A stretch of DNA of 62,458 bases, filler included. It is 6 parts of 6 records of this genome, joined end to end, with 100 filler letters (N's around TTAATTAATTAA, not from the genome) between each part and the next. Parts side by side here need not be neighbours in the genome. Positions count along the whole stretch, not along the records: positions 23,429 to 28,574 come from SRR31147125_53264; positions 28,675 to 34,807 come from SRR31147125_53288; 4 more parts are not named here. The stretch is one strand, 5' to 3'. Under the pieces are notes generated by a model. It was not told where the DNA came from. It was given only the letters and a program-made list of their open reading frames with translations, and ran no database searches. The position numbers were made by a program, and so were the translations under genes. Positions 23,429-34,373 of this stretch are shown here, one piece after another; within the stretch, counting starts at the first letter, position 1, and each line of letters starts with the position of its first letter.

Positions 23429-26400
23429 GGGGTAGAAGAGCGCAAGATCGGTTAATGCACCTCCAGAAGGCCATGATTGATCATGTCAAGACGAATCAGG
23501 GAAAACGTGTGTGTGTGACATTCCATTCTCATTGTATTCATCTTGTGGTCGCAGGGGGATCGCATGAAGCAGATGTTGTTGAGTGGAAAAAGGCCCTAGA
23601 AGAGTCCTCGAGTGCTCTACAGAAAACGACAGTTAATCTTGAGGTGGGAGTGGCTCATACTCTCTCGGTGCTGTGCTGATATTGTGTTTCAGGTGACAAT
23701 GAAGCGGTTATGTGAGTCGGAAGCCAGGGTCAATCTTCTCAAGAAACAACTTGAGAAGAAATCGCACGATCTCAAAGCGACGGAACTCAACCATGGGAAT
23801 CAGGAGGTCAAGCTTCAAAGAGAACTTGAACAGGTCTGTCACACCACACCACAGCTTTGCACCGACACATCATTTCCATCTGCAGTTGCGGAATGAGGCC
23901 TACGCGGGAACTGTGGGTGCTAAGGCCGAGTTGAACGCCAAGATTCAAGAACTGGACCGAGAAAAGAAGAGTATGTGTGCCGGCTGAATCGGTTCTCTTC
24001 TCATCTTCCGTTGTGGGTAGAACTCAAGGAGGCAGAGGCTCAGTGTGAGAAGGCAGCGCATGATCTCGAAGAGGAACGGGCAGCACGTGAAGAGGTTCGT
24101 ATGGATCTGATTCCCTTGTCATGTCTTTCATGAGCTGAAACAGTTGCCTAGGTTGAGAAACAGGCCTACAAGAGGGAAGCTCGCATCATAGAGATGAAAT
24201 CAGAGTTCGAGAAGGAGAAGAACGGTACGCTGCTGCTTGATCACACAGAGGGAGGGTTGTGCGTGATCCGCGGGATTTTCCGCATAGATGCTGTGTTCAA
24301 GGTCAAACTGGAGTGCGCGGATACAATTCACGAACAGACTACGGCGACAGAAAACATGAAACAAAAGCACAAAGCCGAGGTAATGGTCCTTCTTGGTGCA
24401 CACAGAATATTGAATTTACATTTGGTTCGGTTCTATGGTAGATCGAAGCGATGTCCAAGGAACATGAGGTCCAACTTTTCAACATAGATGTAGAGCACGG
24501 GAAGGCACTTCAAGGGTACTACCCCGTAGTTACTGTGCGATTGCGTCGGATCTCATCCTTCCTTCTTCAGATTACAGGATGAGCATCAGGTAGCCATCGA
24601 GAAATTGACGGAAATGAATGACCAGCTGACGACTCAGCTTAATTCGTGTGTGACCGCAGTGGGCAGATGTCAGTGTCTAACAGATTTCACTCCTTTTTCA
24701 GTATTCAAGCATCTCATCTGGCCGATCTTGCTGCAGCGAAGGGTGCATCAGACGAAATGGTAGCACAAATGAAGATGGATGCCCAGGAAAGATCCAGCAG
24801 TGGGACCGCCGAGCTCGAACGACGGCTCAAGGAGGTACGAGGATCCGTCACTTGTTCGATGGATACATGACTGTTCATCATCAGACGGAAGAGCGCTGCG
24901 AAAAGAAAGTCCAAGAGGCTACGGCTGCCCTTGCTGAGGTCAAACAAAGAACGGCCGATGAAATGAAAGCACGGTGTGTTTGCATCCTTTTTTCGTATTC
25001 TTTCTGAATGATTTCCCCTTCTACCACCAGATTGGCACGTTCCGATCGAGCAGTACAAGAAAACATGGAATACGCCGAGAAACTCAAGGAAGGAGAAGAA
25101 AAAATACTGAAATTGGAGGTGGGACTCAAACGAGCAAACGAAGAGATAAGGCAGAAGGAGGAAAGCTGGCAGAAGCGTGCAAGAAATGTCATCCAGACGG
25201 AAGCCCTTGCAGAATCCAGAGGAAAACAGGTACATGCGTGTTCTTGTCATGTCCCTCAGCAGTTTGATTCTGATACGCGAATTCCAGTTGAAAGAGGTGT
25301 TGGAACGCGAAAAGGCGACAATGGAAGGTTTGTCAAAGTGTTCTGGGGGATGCATATGGCACTCACTGGCTTTTCTCCTTCGCTCTCGCTCTCTCCGAGC
25401 AGCTCTTGCTGAGACATCAAGGCAACTGGAAGATGCACGCACCGAGTTGGATATAAGGAACGAATCGGGAATGCCTTCTGCTTATGAGATGCAACGAAAG
25501 ATTCGGTATGTGTTGCGAGTGTTTGCTTTCTTCTCGGCTGGCAGACTCACGCGACTTTGTAGGGTCATGGAAGAACAACACAGACGCCATGTGGTGAAAA
25601 TGGGTTTGTATCTGCCTAGACGGATAAGAAGAATTCATCGTTCTCACGTTCACTCCGCACCCATCAGAGGCACAACTTCATGCACTTCGAACCCAATTAC
25701 TCAACGAGAAAGCCAGTGCTCTGGCTGCTCTACGTCACGAGAAGGACGTTGTGATTGGCACACTGGAACAGGCACGTCTTCCCCCAAGGTAGCCTTGTTA
25801 CTGTGTTAGGTGATACGCAACGCAGGAGGTCGAGCAAGTCAAATCAGCATTGGCATACACCAAATCAACCGCACAACGTCTTAGGGCCGATTTGCACGCC
25901 AAGGAATTGGCGTGTAGTGTAGTGGAGACGGGTACCCATGCAGGGTTCGAAAAGGCAAAGGCATCTGCAATTGAGTTGGTTGACAAGAACACGCGTGCTG
26001 TGATTATGAAGCTGGAAGCAGAGCAAGCACAGCGTGCTGTTCACGAGAAGTTGTTGCACGCTCAGTTGGAACAGGAACGGAGTCGTACACGCGCACAAGT
26101 GGATGCAACGGAAGCTGTTGAACTTGAGTTGATGAAAGCTACGGTGTGTCTGTCGTGTTCAAGAGGTTTTAGTCGTCATCTTACATCGATCCTTCCTGTA
26201 ACAGGCGGAGGTTTCCTCTCAAAAAGAAGAGGTCCTCGAGTTGCAAAAGAGAATCACTATATGTGAAGGGATGCTTGAAGAGGAGCAAAGTCGCACGGCC
26301 AACACAACTTCACTCGTAGAACAGCAGATTAAGATCCGCAACCTCGAATCGGTTTGTGGAATTCTGTAGCATTTCCCATTCTGTCTCCACCCTCCCTAAT

Positions 26401-28574
26401 TTCATGCCAGGAATGTCTCCGACTGAAAGCAAGAGAAAAGGCTCGTCAGGGTATCCTTGAAAAGTTGGGGACAGAGGAGGCCCATATGCTGGAAAAGGAA
26501 ATTCTGAGGTCCGTCTCCCTCCGCTCGTATTGGCTCCATCCAACTAACACCTCCGATACACACAGAGAGGAAGTACGAATGTTCAAGGAGTGTGCGGATG
26601 CTCTGTCTGTGGAGAACAATGAAATGCGGAAACGTCTCAATGGAGTTGATGAGAGGATTGAGCTAGAGCGACGAAAGTTGAATGAGCGACTAGCTGACGT
26701 ACGTATTCATCTGTATTCGATGGATGTGATGTTGTATTCACCTGGCGTGTCCAACGACGCAGACACTCAGTGAAATCTCAAATGCTGTGAATAAGCGTGC
26801 CGAGGATATGCTCACAAAAGGTTTCATGCAATACGACGGCTGTAGTCACGAAAACTGACTGATTTGTGTCACGCTAGTTGAGGAAGGAATGGATGATTGT
26901 ACATGGGGGGCCGCCATTCGCAGGGATGCCGATCAGAAGGTCCGTGATGAGACACGATATGCAGAAGTCAACGTGCCATCCTTGCAGGTTCGCAATCTGG
27001 AGGTAATCCTTCAAAGAACACTGGCCGAAAAGGAGGAAGACATTCAGTTCGTTTCCACTGAATCCACTATCTTCTTCATTAACAGGCGCATACAGGGAAC
27101 TCAAACGTCTTCACGAAGAAGAGCTCGTGCGGAAGGAGAATGAGGCCAAAGACGAGTTGGATCGTATTCGTGCCCAGTTGAAGGTTCGTGCAAGATGTTT
27201 GTCGTTTGTTTATCTTCTCTTTTTCCTTATTTCTGCATGCAGATATTTAAGGGACAACTGCGTCGTGCCGTTGGTGCCACATTTGGTCAGAATTCTCCTC
27301 ATCTCAATATGTCCGAAAAGGCTGATGATACTAACACGTCTGGTTCGCCGTTTGAAGGAGTTACAGAACACCTGAGCAACATTCTTATCGTATGTGAAAG
27401 ATTGCATCCAAATCCTTGTTTGAGTCTTGTTTTCTTCCCACTCCACAGGACCAATTCAAGATAATGAAAGAGAACACGCAAGGTTTGGCTGAAGTGCAAG
27501 CAAGGAATCGACTGAGCGATGGTGAAACTGTCGGTGAGATCAAGGCCTTGCAACATGTGGTATGTTGCCCCTTCTTGCCCTCTCCTGTGTAATGTGACCC
27601 CCTGTAGCTATACGAGGAGCAAGAGAAAATCCGTGCACTCGAGAAGGTGGTCAATATCCGTGGTGACATCAAGAAGGATCTTCAACACTATCAGGACCTA
27701 CTCAAAGAAACAGAAGCCAAGAAGGCAGAGATTACTCGTTTGAGCCTTGATGCCACTGAGAAGATGCAAAACGAGGCATGTTTTCTTTCCTTTTTTTACT
27801 TTGATGGAACTAACACGACGACAGGAGGAGCGTCTTGTTGAAATTCGAAAGCAAGGGCTTGTCTACAAGGAATGTGTCTCAAAGGAAGGGCCCAAGGTAT
27901 GGAGGACGGGACTCTTGTGGCCTCGTGAGCATGATCTGATAGTGGTCCATGTAGACCAAGGGGTTGCCACACGACAACAAACCCGTGTCCAAGGACTTGG
28001 AACGTGCTCGTGCGGAGAACAACAAAGTATGTCTTGTGATGCACCGGAACAGGTTGATAACTCTTGATCCTTTGCAGCTCAAGCAGGAATTGTGTGATGC
28101 GTTAACACAGATGGAGCAAATGCGACGCAATCACTCCCCCGAGGGGGTCGTTCAGAAACAGTTTCACTTTGAGCGAGCACAGAGCAATTATCACATTCTG
28201 ACATCCCGCTACCACGTCCAGAAGTGGACGGGTGCGACGGAGAGGGGGATGGATTTCTTTGATTTCTTTGATCTCACTCTTGGCACAGAGAGAACCGAGA
28301 CGGCTCGTAGTGATATGGAGCGAAGGGAAGCTGGAGCGATGCTGGAACGACACCAACGATCTATGAAGACATGGCAAAGCCGAAAGGAGGCACTCCTTGA
28401 GACCCATGAAGAGGCGGTGTGCAAGGGGTGTGGGTACACGTACATTGATGCTCATGCGTTCTTTGCAGATCCAGGCACGGAATGCACTGGAGAGTATCCG
28501 GATGTCACCTCTAGCGAGTCTACGCGAAGAAAATGTAACGGATGTTCCGGAGAAAACGCCTCAGGCGGAGAAAA
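23429..28574 (+). CDS. eukaryotic intron-rich gene fragment encoding a long coiled-coil protein (about 31 introns, both ends cut)
   Basis: Manual splicing at GT/GC...AG introns of about 48-75 nt (e.g. 23507-23554, 23644-23692, 25772-25825, 27776-27824) gives one open E/K/Q/A/L-rich frame across the whole contig. Confidence 0.88.
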
Positions 28575-28674
28575 NNNNNNNNNNNNNNNNNNNNNNNNNN
28601 NNNNNNNNNNNNNNNNNNTTAATTAATTAANNNNNNNNNNNNNNNNNNNNNNNNNNNNNNNNNNNNNNNNNNNN
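28575..28674. other. artificial contig spacer
   Basis: N-run with TTAATTAATTAA. Confidence 0.98.
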
Positions 28675-28986
28675 CGGTTCTCTGTCGAAAAGCACTCTGA
28701 TATAGAAAATTTCAGAATTCAATACAATTACCACACCCATGCATCTGAACGATCTGTAGGATGGATATCCGGTGTTCCCAACCCTGACTTGGATGGGATC
28801 TGGTTCTACATCGATCTGCACGCTCCTGATTCAACGGCGCAAATTCACACCCAACCCATAACCGGCAAATCTATCCAGTTTGGAAATAAGAGCGTGTGCT
28901 TTCTTATTCTTGAAGGCGCATCAACCAAATCGGTGGAAAGAAAAATCATTGCCATACTTGAAAAGAATGGTGCGACATCGCAGTAG
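28675..28986 (+). CDS. hypothetical protein, 5' end cut by the contig edge
   Basis: Frame open from the contig edge to TAG at 28986; no family recognised. Confidence 0.5.
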   Translation, partial: RFSVEKHSDIENFRIQYNYHTHASERSVGWISGVPNPDLDGIWFYIDLHAPDSTAQIHTQPITGKSIQFGNKSVCFLILEGASTKSVERKIIAILEKNGATSQ

Positions 28987-29090
28987 TTTCGGCGCTTTAA
29001 ACGTATAGTAACGAAATTTGTTTTGCTCTTTTATCTTGCAATGGCTGCTATCGACGTTATCAGCACCCGCTACCGTGAGGGAGGCGTGCG

Positions 29091-29471
29091 ATGCCATTCA
29101 TCCATATCAAATCTCTTCCGTTGGATCCTCACATCCATGTGAGTTCCGTTGTCGAAGAGATAACAAAAGACGTTGCCCGGGAGACGGGAGTCGGCCTGGA
29201 ACACATCACGGCCACTTGGGAGTATTTTCAGGCGGGCCATTACGCTGTCGCAGGTAAGGCTGAATCCCGGCAAAGTAAAACCTCTCATCCTGTGATTGTC
29301 GATCTGCTGACACCGGACTTTAATGGTGCTGAACAAATTAGAGAGATGCTTCGCGCTGTTGCTGAAAGCATTTCCAAAAGAGCCAAGGTACCGATTACCA
29401 ATATATTTATCAACCATCGGCAGGCGCACTCCGGTATGGTTTTCAACACCGGTGAAGTTGAGACGTGGTAG
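29091..29471 (+). CDS. tautomerase-superfamily-like protein
   Basis: Begins Met-Pro (MPFIHIKS), 126 aa with a duplicated beta-alpha-beta pattern; GGAGG RBS. Confidence 0.55.
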   Translation: MPFIHIKSLPLDPHIHVSSVVEEITKDVARETGVGLEHITATWEYFQAGHYAVAGKAESRQSKTSHPVIVDLLTPDFNGAEQIREMLRAVAESISKRAKVPITNIFINHRQAHSGMVFNTGEVETW

Positions 29472-29560
29472 CGAGATACTACTTTACAAACGGGATAGGT
29501 GGTCAAAGGCCAAAAAGAGAAACTCAAACAGCCGTGATTTAGCTTTAAATGGAGGTCACC

Positions 29561-29962
29561 ATGGCTATACGTGTATTGCAACTTGGCACGGAACGTTTCG
29601 ATGACGAGGGGCTTCGCATCGGCACGGTTCGTCGTCCACCGCGGGGAGTGCCCAAGGCGGAGTTCAGCTCACAAAACTGGTATGACACCTGGTTGCCGAA
29701 TTTATCTCCGAGCGCAGAGACAATGAAGTTCGGCAAGAGCGTTGCGACCGAAAAGGAGTGGACGGCGTTTAAAAAGAAGTATCGTTCAGAGATGTCGACG
29801 CCGGAGAATAGCCGAGTCCTTGAGCTGCTGGCCGCTTTGTCCCATGACACAAATTTTTCCGTGGGGTGCTACTGTGAAAATGAAACACGGTGCCATCGTT
29901 CGGTATTGAGGGAACTTCTGAAAGAGAAGGGGGCAGACGTCATCAGTGAGACGCAAGCATAA
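29561..29962 (+). CDS. DUF488/YeaO family protein
   Basis: RIGTVRRPPRGVPK, W.PNLSPS, F.KKYRSEM, C.CE.E.RCHRS motifs. Confidence 0.85.
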   Translation: MAIRVLQLGTERFDDEGLRIGTVRRPPRGVPKAEFSSQNWYDTWLPNLSPSAETMKFGKSVATEKEWTAFKKKYRSEMSTPENSRVLELLAALSHDTNFSVGCYCENETRCHRSVLRELLKEKGADVISETQA

Positions 29963-30073
29963 AAATCGGAATCCTCGGTGGGCTCAGCGTGGCACCACAC
30001 GGAAACGGTTACAGTAACTGTTTCCGTCGCATAAGGGGCGGTTTTCCTGACGCTCATACAAACGGGAGAGAAC

Positions 30074-30679
30074 ATGGAAATACCCAAACTTGAAATTGCA
30101 GCCCTGCGCGAATCCGAAATCGATGCCCTGCAGTCGCTGGTAACGGAATTTGTGAAGTCCCATCCTTTCCTACCCTTCAGAGAGAACTACTGGGACGCAT
30201 TTCGGTTATGACTTGAAAAAGGGGTCGCGGACGATAATACGAATCCTCTTCTTGCAAGGCTGGGCGGTAAAATTGTGGGTTTTGTTGTTGGCGATATTCG
30301 TGAAAACGCTCCGGTTTTTAAACCCGATCATGTCGGCCATGTGAGTGTTTTGGTGGTGACCGGAAACATGCGCCGAAGTGGGGTCGGGGATTCGCTCTGG
30401 AAAGCGTTGCACAGCTGGTTTGCATCACGAGGGGTTACATACTGCGAACTTTATACTGAGTTTGAGAACTGTGTATCGGGTCCATTTTGGAGCGGCAGGG
30501 AGTTCAAACGGACCGGGTTGACGATCTGTTCGGTCCATCCCGGCCGCCTGAAAACGGACTCGGCCTCCGCCGATGCGGATAAGCTGCCCGATGAGGCGGC
30601 GGCGGTCATGGTTGGGATGCTGTCAAGTCTGAAGCACGGCCGTTTTTATGATTTGTTCGAGGGAACGATAGCGTGGTAA
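30074..30679 (+). pseudogene. GNAT acetyltransferase with an internal TGA (30209-30211), fused to an SDR-like C-terminal tail
   Basis: ATG at 30074 with GGAGAG RBS; in-frame TGA at codon 46; GNAT motif A (LVV...RRSGVG); tail ICSVHPGRLKTD...GRFYD...TIAW. Confidence 0.7.
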
Positions 30680-30818
30680 CATAATGGCGCTACAGCACTT
30701 GAGACCGAAGATGGCAGCAATATTCCAGAGCGCGAGGTAACGGGAAGGAGCAATGCATCATGAGTACGCCGAAATGCGAAAATGAAAATGGAGCCCTTTC
30801 GCTTCTCCGAAGGCACAG

Positions 30819-31403
30819 GTGATTGGCATCGGCGGCAGTCCCCGCAAAGGCGGGAACTCGGATACGCTGTTAAGGGCGATCGCTGCGGGGGTTCGGCAGT
30901 GCAAAATCGCCGCCGAGACGACCCAGCTGAGGGATGTCTATTTCCAGCCCTGCATCGGTTGCGAGCAGTGCCGGAAGCAGAAGCGCTGCACCGGATTGAA
31001 GGACGGCATGGCGCTGCTCTATCCGGAGATCGTTGCCGCAAAAGGCCTGGTGCTCGTTTCGCCCACCCACAATTACAACATCACGGCCTGGATGAAGGCC
31101 TTTATCGATCGACTCTACTGTTTCTACGAATTTGACAACGATCGCCCCAGGGGGTGGTCGAGCCGGCTGGCGGGCCAGGGGCGCAAGGCTGTTCTGGCAG
31201 CTGTGTGCGAGCAGGCCGATAAGGCCGATATGGGCTTTACCCTCGAAGCGATGCGAATGCCCATCAATGCGTTGGGCTATGAGATCATCGGGGAGTTGGC
31301 TGTTTTCAATGTGTTTGAAAGGGCGAAGGTGAAAGAGAAGGCGGAGACGATGGCCCGGGCGACGGAGCTTGGTGCCGAATTGGCAAAAGCGGTTACTTTA
31401 TAA
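30819..31403 (+). CDS. flavodoxin-fold iron-sulfur flavoprotein / NADPH-dependent FMN reductase family (start uncertain)
   Basis: GSPRKGGNSD, PCIGCEQCRKQKRC, SPTHNYN, MKAFIDR. Confidence 0.87.
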   Translation: MIGIGGSPRKGGNSDTLLRAIAAGVRQCKIAAETTQLRDVYFQPCIGCEQCRKQKRCTGLKDGMALLYPEIVAAKGLVLVSPTHNYNITAWMKAFIDRLYCFYEFDNDRPRGWSSRLAGQGRKAVLAAVCEQADKADMGFTLEAMRMPINALGYEIIGELAVFNVFERAKVKEKAETMARATELGAELAKAVTL

Positions 31404-31428
31404 GGTTTTATTTTTAATAAGATCGGAC

Positions 31429-31474
31429 AATTAAAAAAGCTGGGCGGATCGGTTCCCGCCCAGCTTTTTTAATT
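31429..31474. terminator. bidirectional intrinsic terminator
   Basis: AAAAAAGCTGGGCGG-loop-CCGCCCAGCTTTTTT between convergent genes. Confidence 0.9.
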
Positions 31475-31478
31475 TTGA

Positions 31479-31925
31479 TTAACGGTGGTTGATGATGGCG
31501 TCCAGGGCAAAGATCGGGTTGGCGGTGAGAAGCGACATGGCGACGCCGCGGTGGATATCTGTATTTTTAACACGCACGGCCTTGGCCCGCGGTCTGTACT
31601 GATGGTGGTGAGGGGCATGAAATCCGCGGCCATGTTGTGGCCGACGGTGATGGCGGTAATGACCATAGTTGTGGTGCGGCCGCTTGTGTGCGTGATTCGG
31701 GGCGCGATGGACTCTGTGGCCCGGATATTTCCCCAAAGGGGGGCGTTTCTGATAGCCTTTGTGACCATGGCCGCCGGAGTGTTGCGGGGCACTGTGGTAA
31801 CCGTTACCTTTACCGCCTTTGTTGTGGCCACCCCTGTTACCCTTGCCATCTGCCCAGGCGGTTGCGCTGATGAGAAAAATGATCGCACTTGCCGCTATGA
31901 TCCATTTAATCGCTTGTCTCTTCAT
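31479..31925 (-). CDS. exported His/Gly/Arg-rich low-complexity protein
   Basis: Signal peptide ending AWA-D, then a G/H/K/R-rich region; GAGGTG RBS. Confidence 0.7.
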   Translation of the reverse strand: MKRQAIKWIIAASAIIFLISATAWADGKGNRGGHNKGGKGNGYHSAPQHSGGHGHKGYQKRPPLGKYPGHRVHRAPNHAHKRPHHNYGHYRHHRRPQHGRGFHAPHHHQYRPRAKAVRVKNTDIHRGVAMSLLTANPIFALDAIINHR

Positions 31926-32087
31926 GATGCACCTCTTGCGGTTTTTGTGTCCCCTGGTCGTTTGCCTTAAACCGTTGTGGGACTGTTTGACATGTATGAC
32001 GCAAGAGGGTAGGCAAATGTTTACAAAATCCCAACAATTTTTTAACCACTTGATATTAAATTATAATCAGTGGCGAAAGGGCTTTTT

Positions 32088-32230
32088 TCATAACTTGCCG
32101 GACCGGATGATTGAAAAGATGAGCCACAACCCCAGGAGTGTGGCGATGCAATAGCCTGTCAGACCCAGCAGTTGGGTGATCGATATGGTCTCCAGACCGA
32201 ACAGGTTGATATCGATGGCGAACGCGGCGG
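32088..32230 (-). pseudogene. orphan C-terminal remnant resembling an AarF/UbiB (ABC1) kinase membrane tail
   Basis: Translates to AFAIDINLFGLETISITQLLGLTGYCIATLLGLWLIFSIIRSGKL* with no start codon before an upstream in-frame stop. Confidence 0.55.
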
Positions 32231-32242
32231 AAGTTGTGAAAT

Positions 32243-34105
32243 TTATGTTTTGCTTTCAAGCAGTTTTTCAAAAACATACGGGAGGCACTCTTGCGGCTGC
32301 ATGGGCCTGCCGGCCAACTGGGTATGCAGGTCGACCCACTCCCGCTTGTTTTCGGCGATGTAGACTTCCAGGTCGTGCGCTTCCAGAAAATTTTCCGTTC
32401 TTCGTTCCACTTGGCGTCGGGCAAATTGCCTGACCTCCGGGTAGGCCGCGATCAGGGCATTGGCGCCTGCGATATAGTGGGACCAGCTGCGCTCTTCAAG
32501 GGAAACCCGTTCTATGCCCTGGGTGCCGATCATGGTGTCGAACTCGGGGGTGTCGAAAAAGCGAACATATACATCCATATAGAATTTGGCCATCTCCAGC
32601 ACACTCGATCCGAAAAAGGAGTTAAATGCATTGTCGTCGATGTAGGCATCGGCCAGGTACATCAAGTCTTTGTCGAGGTAGTTGACGTTATAGGTGTGTG
32701 TGTAGTCGCATAACCCTTTGACGCTGGACGCATTGCGGTGAAAACCAACGCAGTTGACGACCACGTCGGCCTCGATGCGCTCCCGGTTGTCGACAATAAC
32801 GCCCCGATCGAACATGCCCGTGACGGTCCCTTTGAGCGTGCCAAGCTTCTTCAGGTGGTGGGCAACGAACCAGATGTCGGAGACGCTGATGGTGTGCCCA
32901 GGGTGTTTGATGTTGCCCATCCAGCACTCCGGTTCGGTGGCCCCACTGCGCTTGTAGAGGTTTTTCCACAGCAGCATGTTGCGCATGTTGCTCTTGTTGG
33001 CGTGTTGAAAGTTTTCGTCGTAGGGCGTGGCAAAATTCAGATAATCGATAATCTTGGGGCAGACGGTGCCGTGCCGCCGGCAGATGACGGTCACCCGGTC
33101 GGCGCCGCCTTCTAAGGCCGTACGGGCGTTTTCGATGGCGAAAGCGCCCATTCCGATAATGACCACCTGTTTGCCGCACCAGTCAACCCCCAGCGCTTCA
33201 TCGGAAATGCCGGTGATGATTTTCCCTTGGTACTGCGCCTCGTTTTCCCACTGCACGGTCCGGGGTGTCCCGACACGGTCGTTGATGGCCAGAATAATGC
33301 CCTTGCTCTTCACGCGCATCGGCTGCCCATCGCGGACCATCTCAACTTCGTAGCCATCTTCGCCCTTCCGGACCCGTTTTACTTCGATGTTCATGAAGAG
33401 CCGGTCGGAGATCTCGCCTGCCAGCTGGACAATGTCTTCCAGGATCTCCCGGGTCATCGAGTGGTCGCGGTTGGAGCGTGGGCTTTTTTCAACCAGACGA
33501 TAGGAGCCCTCCGATGAGTTTACCTGTGAGGTCGTATTGGCATACTGAGACCAAATGCCGCCCACCTCATCCCGTTTGTCCACCACACAGAAGGAGATAT
33601 CGTGCCGTTCGAGCTTGCGGGCCGCATATAGACCGGTGACGCCCGCACCGACAATGATCACATCCGTCTCTTTGGGAATGGGGCCGGCGTTGGAGAACTT
33701 CAGACGCTGACGGTCGAAGGAGAATCGCGAGGCTGCATATTCACTGATCCGATGGACGATGTTATCCGCTTCGTCTGGAGAGATGGCGATGACATCAAGA
33801 TCCAATTCATCAGCATCCAACCCCAGTGAGGTGGCCGAGCCGGTATCGCCGACCACAAAAAGGGCATAGGGGTAGCAGGTCGAGCGGATCTCCTTGAGGC
33901 GTTCAAGCACATCGGTAACGGTTTTGACCTGGTCGGCGTCCAACACATAGAGAAAAGGCAGATCAGCATATCTGCGAATCTCGGAAACAGTGGCAGCGGG
34001 ATCACCGGCCGCCAGAGGCAGCACATGCGCCAATGGCAGATTGCGATTGCCAAAATCAGCCACCCGGAAGGACATGGATGGTGATGTGGAAACAGAAGTC
34101 GTCAT
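32243..34105 (-). CDS. FAD/NAD(P)-dependent oxidoreductase, flavin-containing monooxygenase-like, with an N-terminal extension
   Basis: DVIIVGAGVTG and DKRDEVGGIW (FAD), VVIIGMGAFA (NAD(P)), DVVVNCVGF. Confidence 0.72.
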   Translation of the reverse strand: MTTSVSTSPSMSFRVADFGNRNLPLAHVLPLAAGDPAATVSEIRRYADLPFLYVLDADQVKTVTDVLERLKEIRSTCYPYALFVVGDTGSATSLGLDADELDLDVIAISPDEADNIVHRISEYAASRFSFDRQRLKFSNAGPIPKETDVIIVGAGVTGLYAARKLERHDISFCVVDKRDEVGGIWSQYANTTSQVNSSEGSYRLVEKSPRSNRDHSMTREILEDIVQLAGEISDRLFMNIEVKRVRKGEDGYEVEMVRDGQPMRVKSKGIILAINDRVGTPRTVQWENEAQYQGKIITGISDEALGVDWCGKQVVIIGMGAFAIENARTALEGGADRVTVICRRHGTVCPKIIDYLNFATPYDENFQHANKSNMRNMLLWKNLYKRSGATEPECWMGNIKHPGHTISVSDIWFVAHHLKKLGTLKGTVTGMFDRGVIVDNRERIEADVVVNCVGFHRNASSVKGLCDYTHTYNVNYLDKDLMYLADAYIDDNAFNSFFGSSVLEMAKFYMDVYVRFFDTPEFDTMIGTQGIERVSLEERSWSHYIAGANALIAAYPEVRQFARRQVERRTENFLEAHDLEVYIAENKREWVDLHTQLAGRPMQPQECLPYVFEKLLESKT

Positions 34106-34373
34106 GGAAATCTATCCTGTCGTTCGTTGGTTAAATCGTTGTTCTTAAAGCCTGGAAGGTTTAAAGCCGCATCGGTTGTTTTTTGCGGCAGCGACACTAT
34201 AGTACGACAGATTGTGTGGAAAACAACCCACCAGAAACCAGCTTTTTGATCTGCCGGCCATCACCGGGCTGAATGTCGGCATGATGGTGCCGTCCACTCC
34301 AATCGAAAATGGCGCTGCAGCAACAACCAGCTTTCATGCTTTGGTCTCATACCTATGGAAGGAAATGCAATCG

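Noticed and set aside
23455-28630. Cluster of small phage-like hypothetical genes or an alternative genetic code
   Set aside because: Stops and frame changes fall inside short GT/GC-AG introns; splicing explains the pattern with the standard code
30209-30211. Selenocysteine or UGA-Trp recoding in the GNAT gene
   Set aside because: No evident SECIS or redox motif, the same frame uses TGG for Trp, and the gene also looks chimeric; a nonsense mutation is simpler
28986-30760. Integron cassette array (short co-directional genes, hairpin at 30001-30025)
   Set aside because: No consistent RYYYAAC...GTTRRRY attC boundaries, no repeated spacers and no integrase
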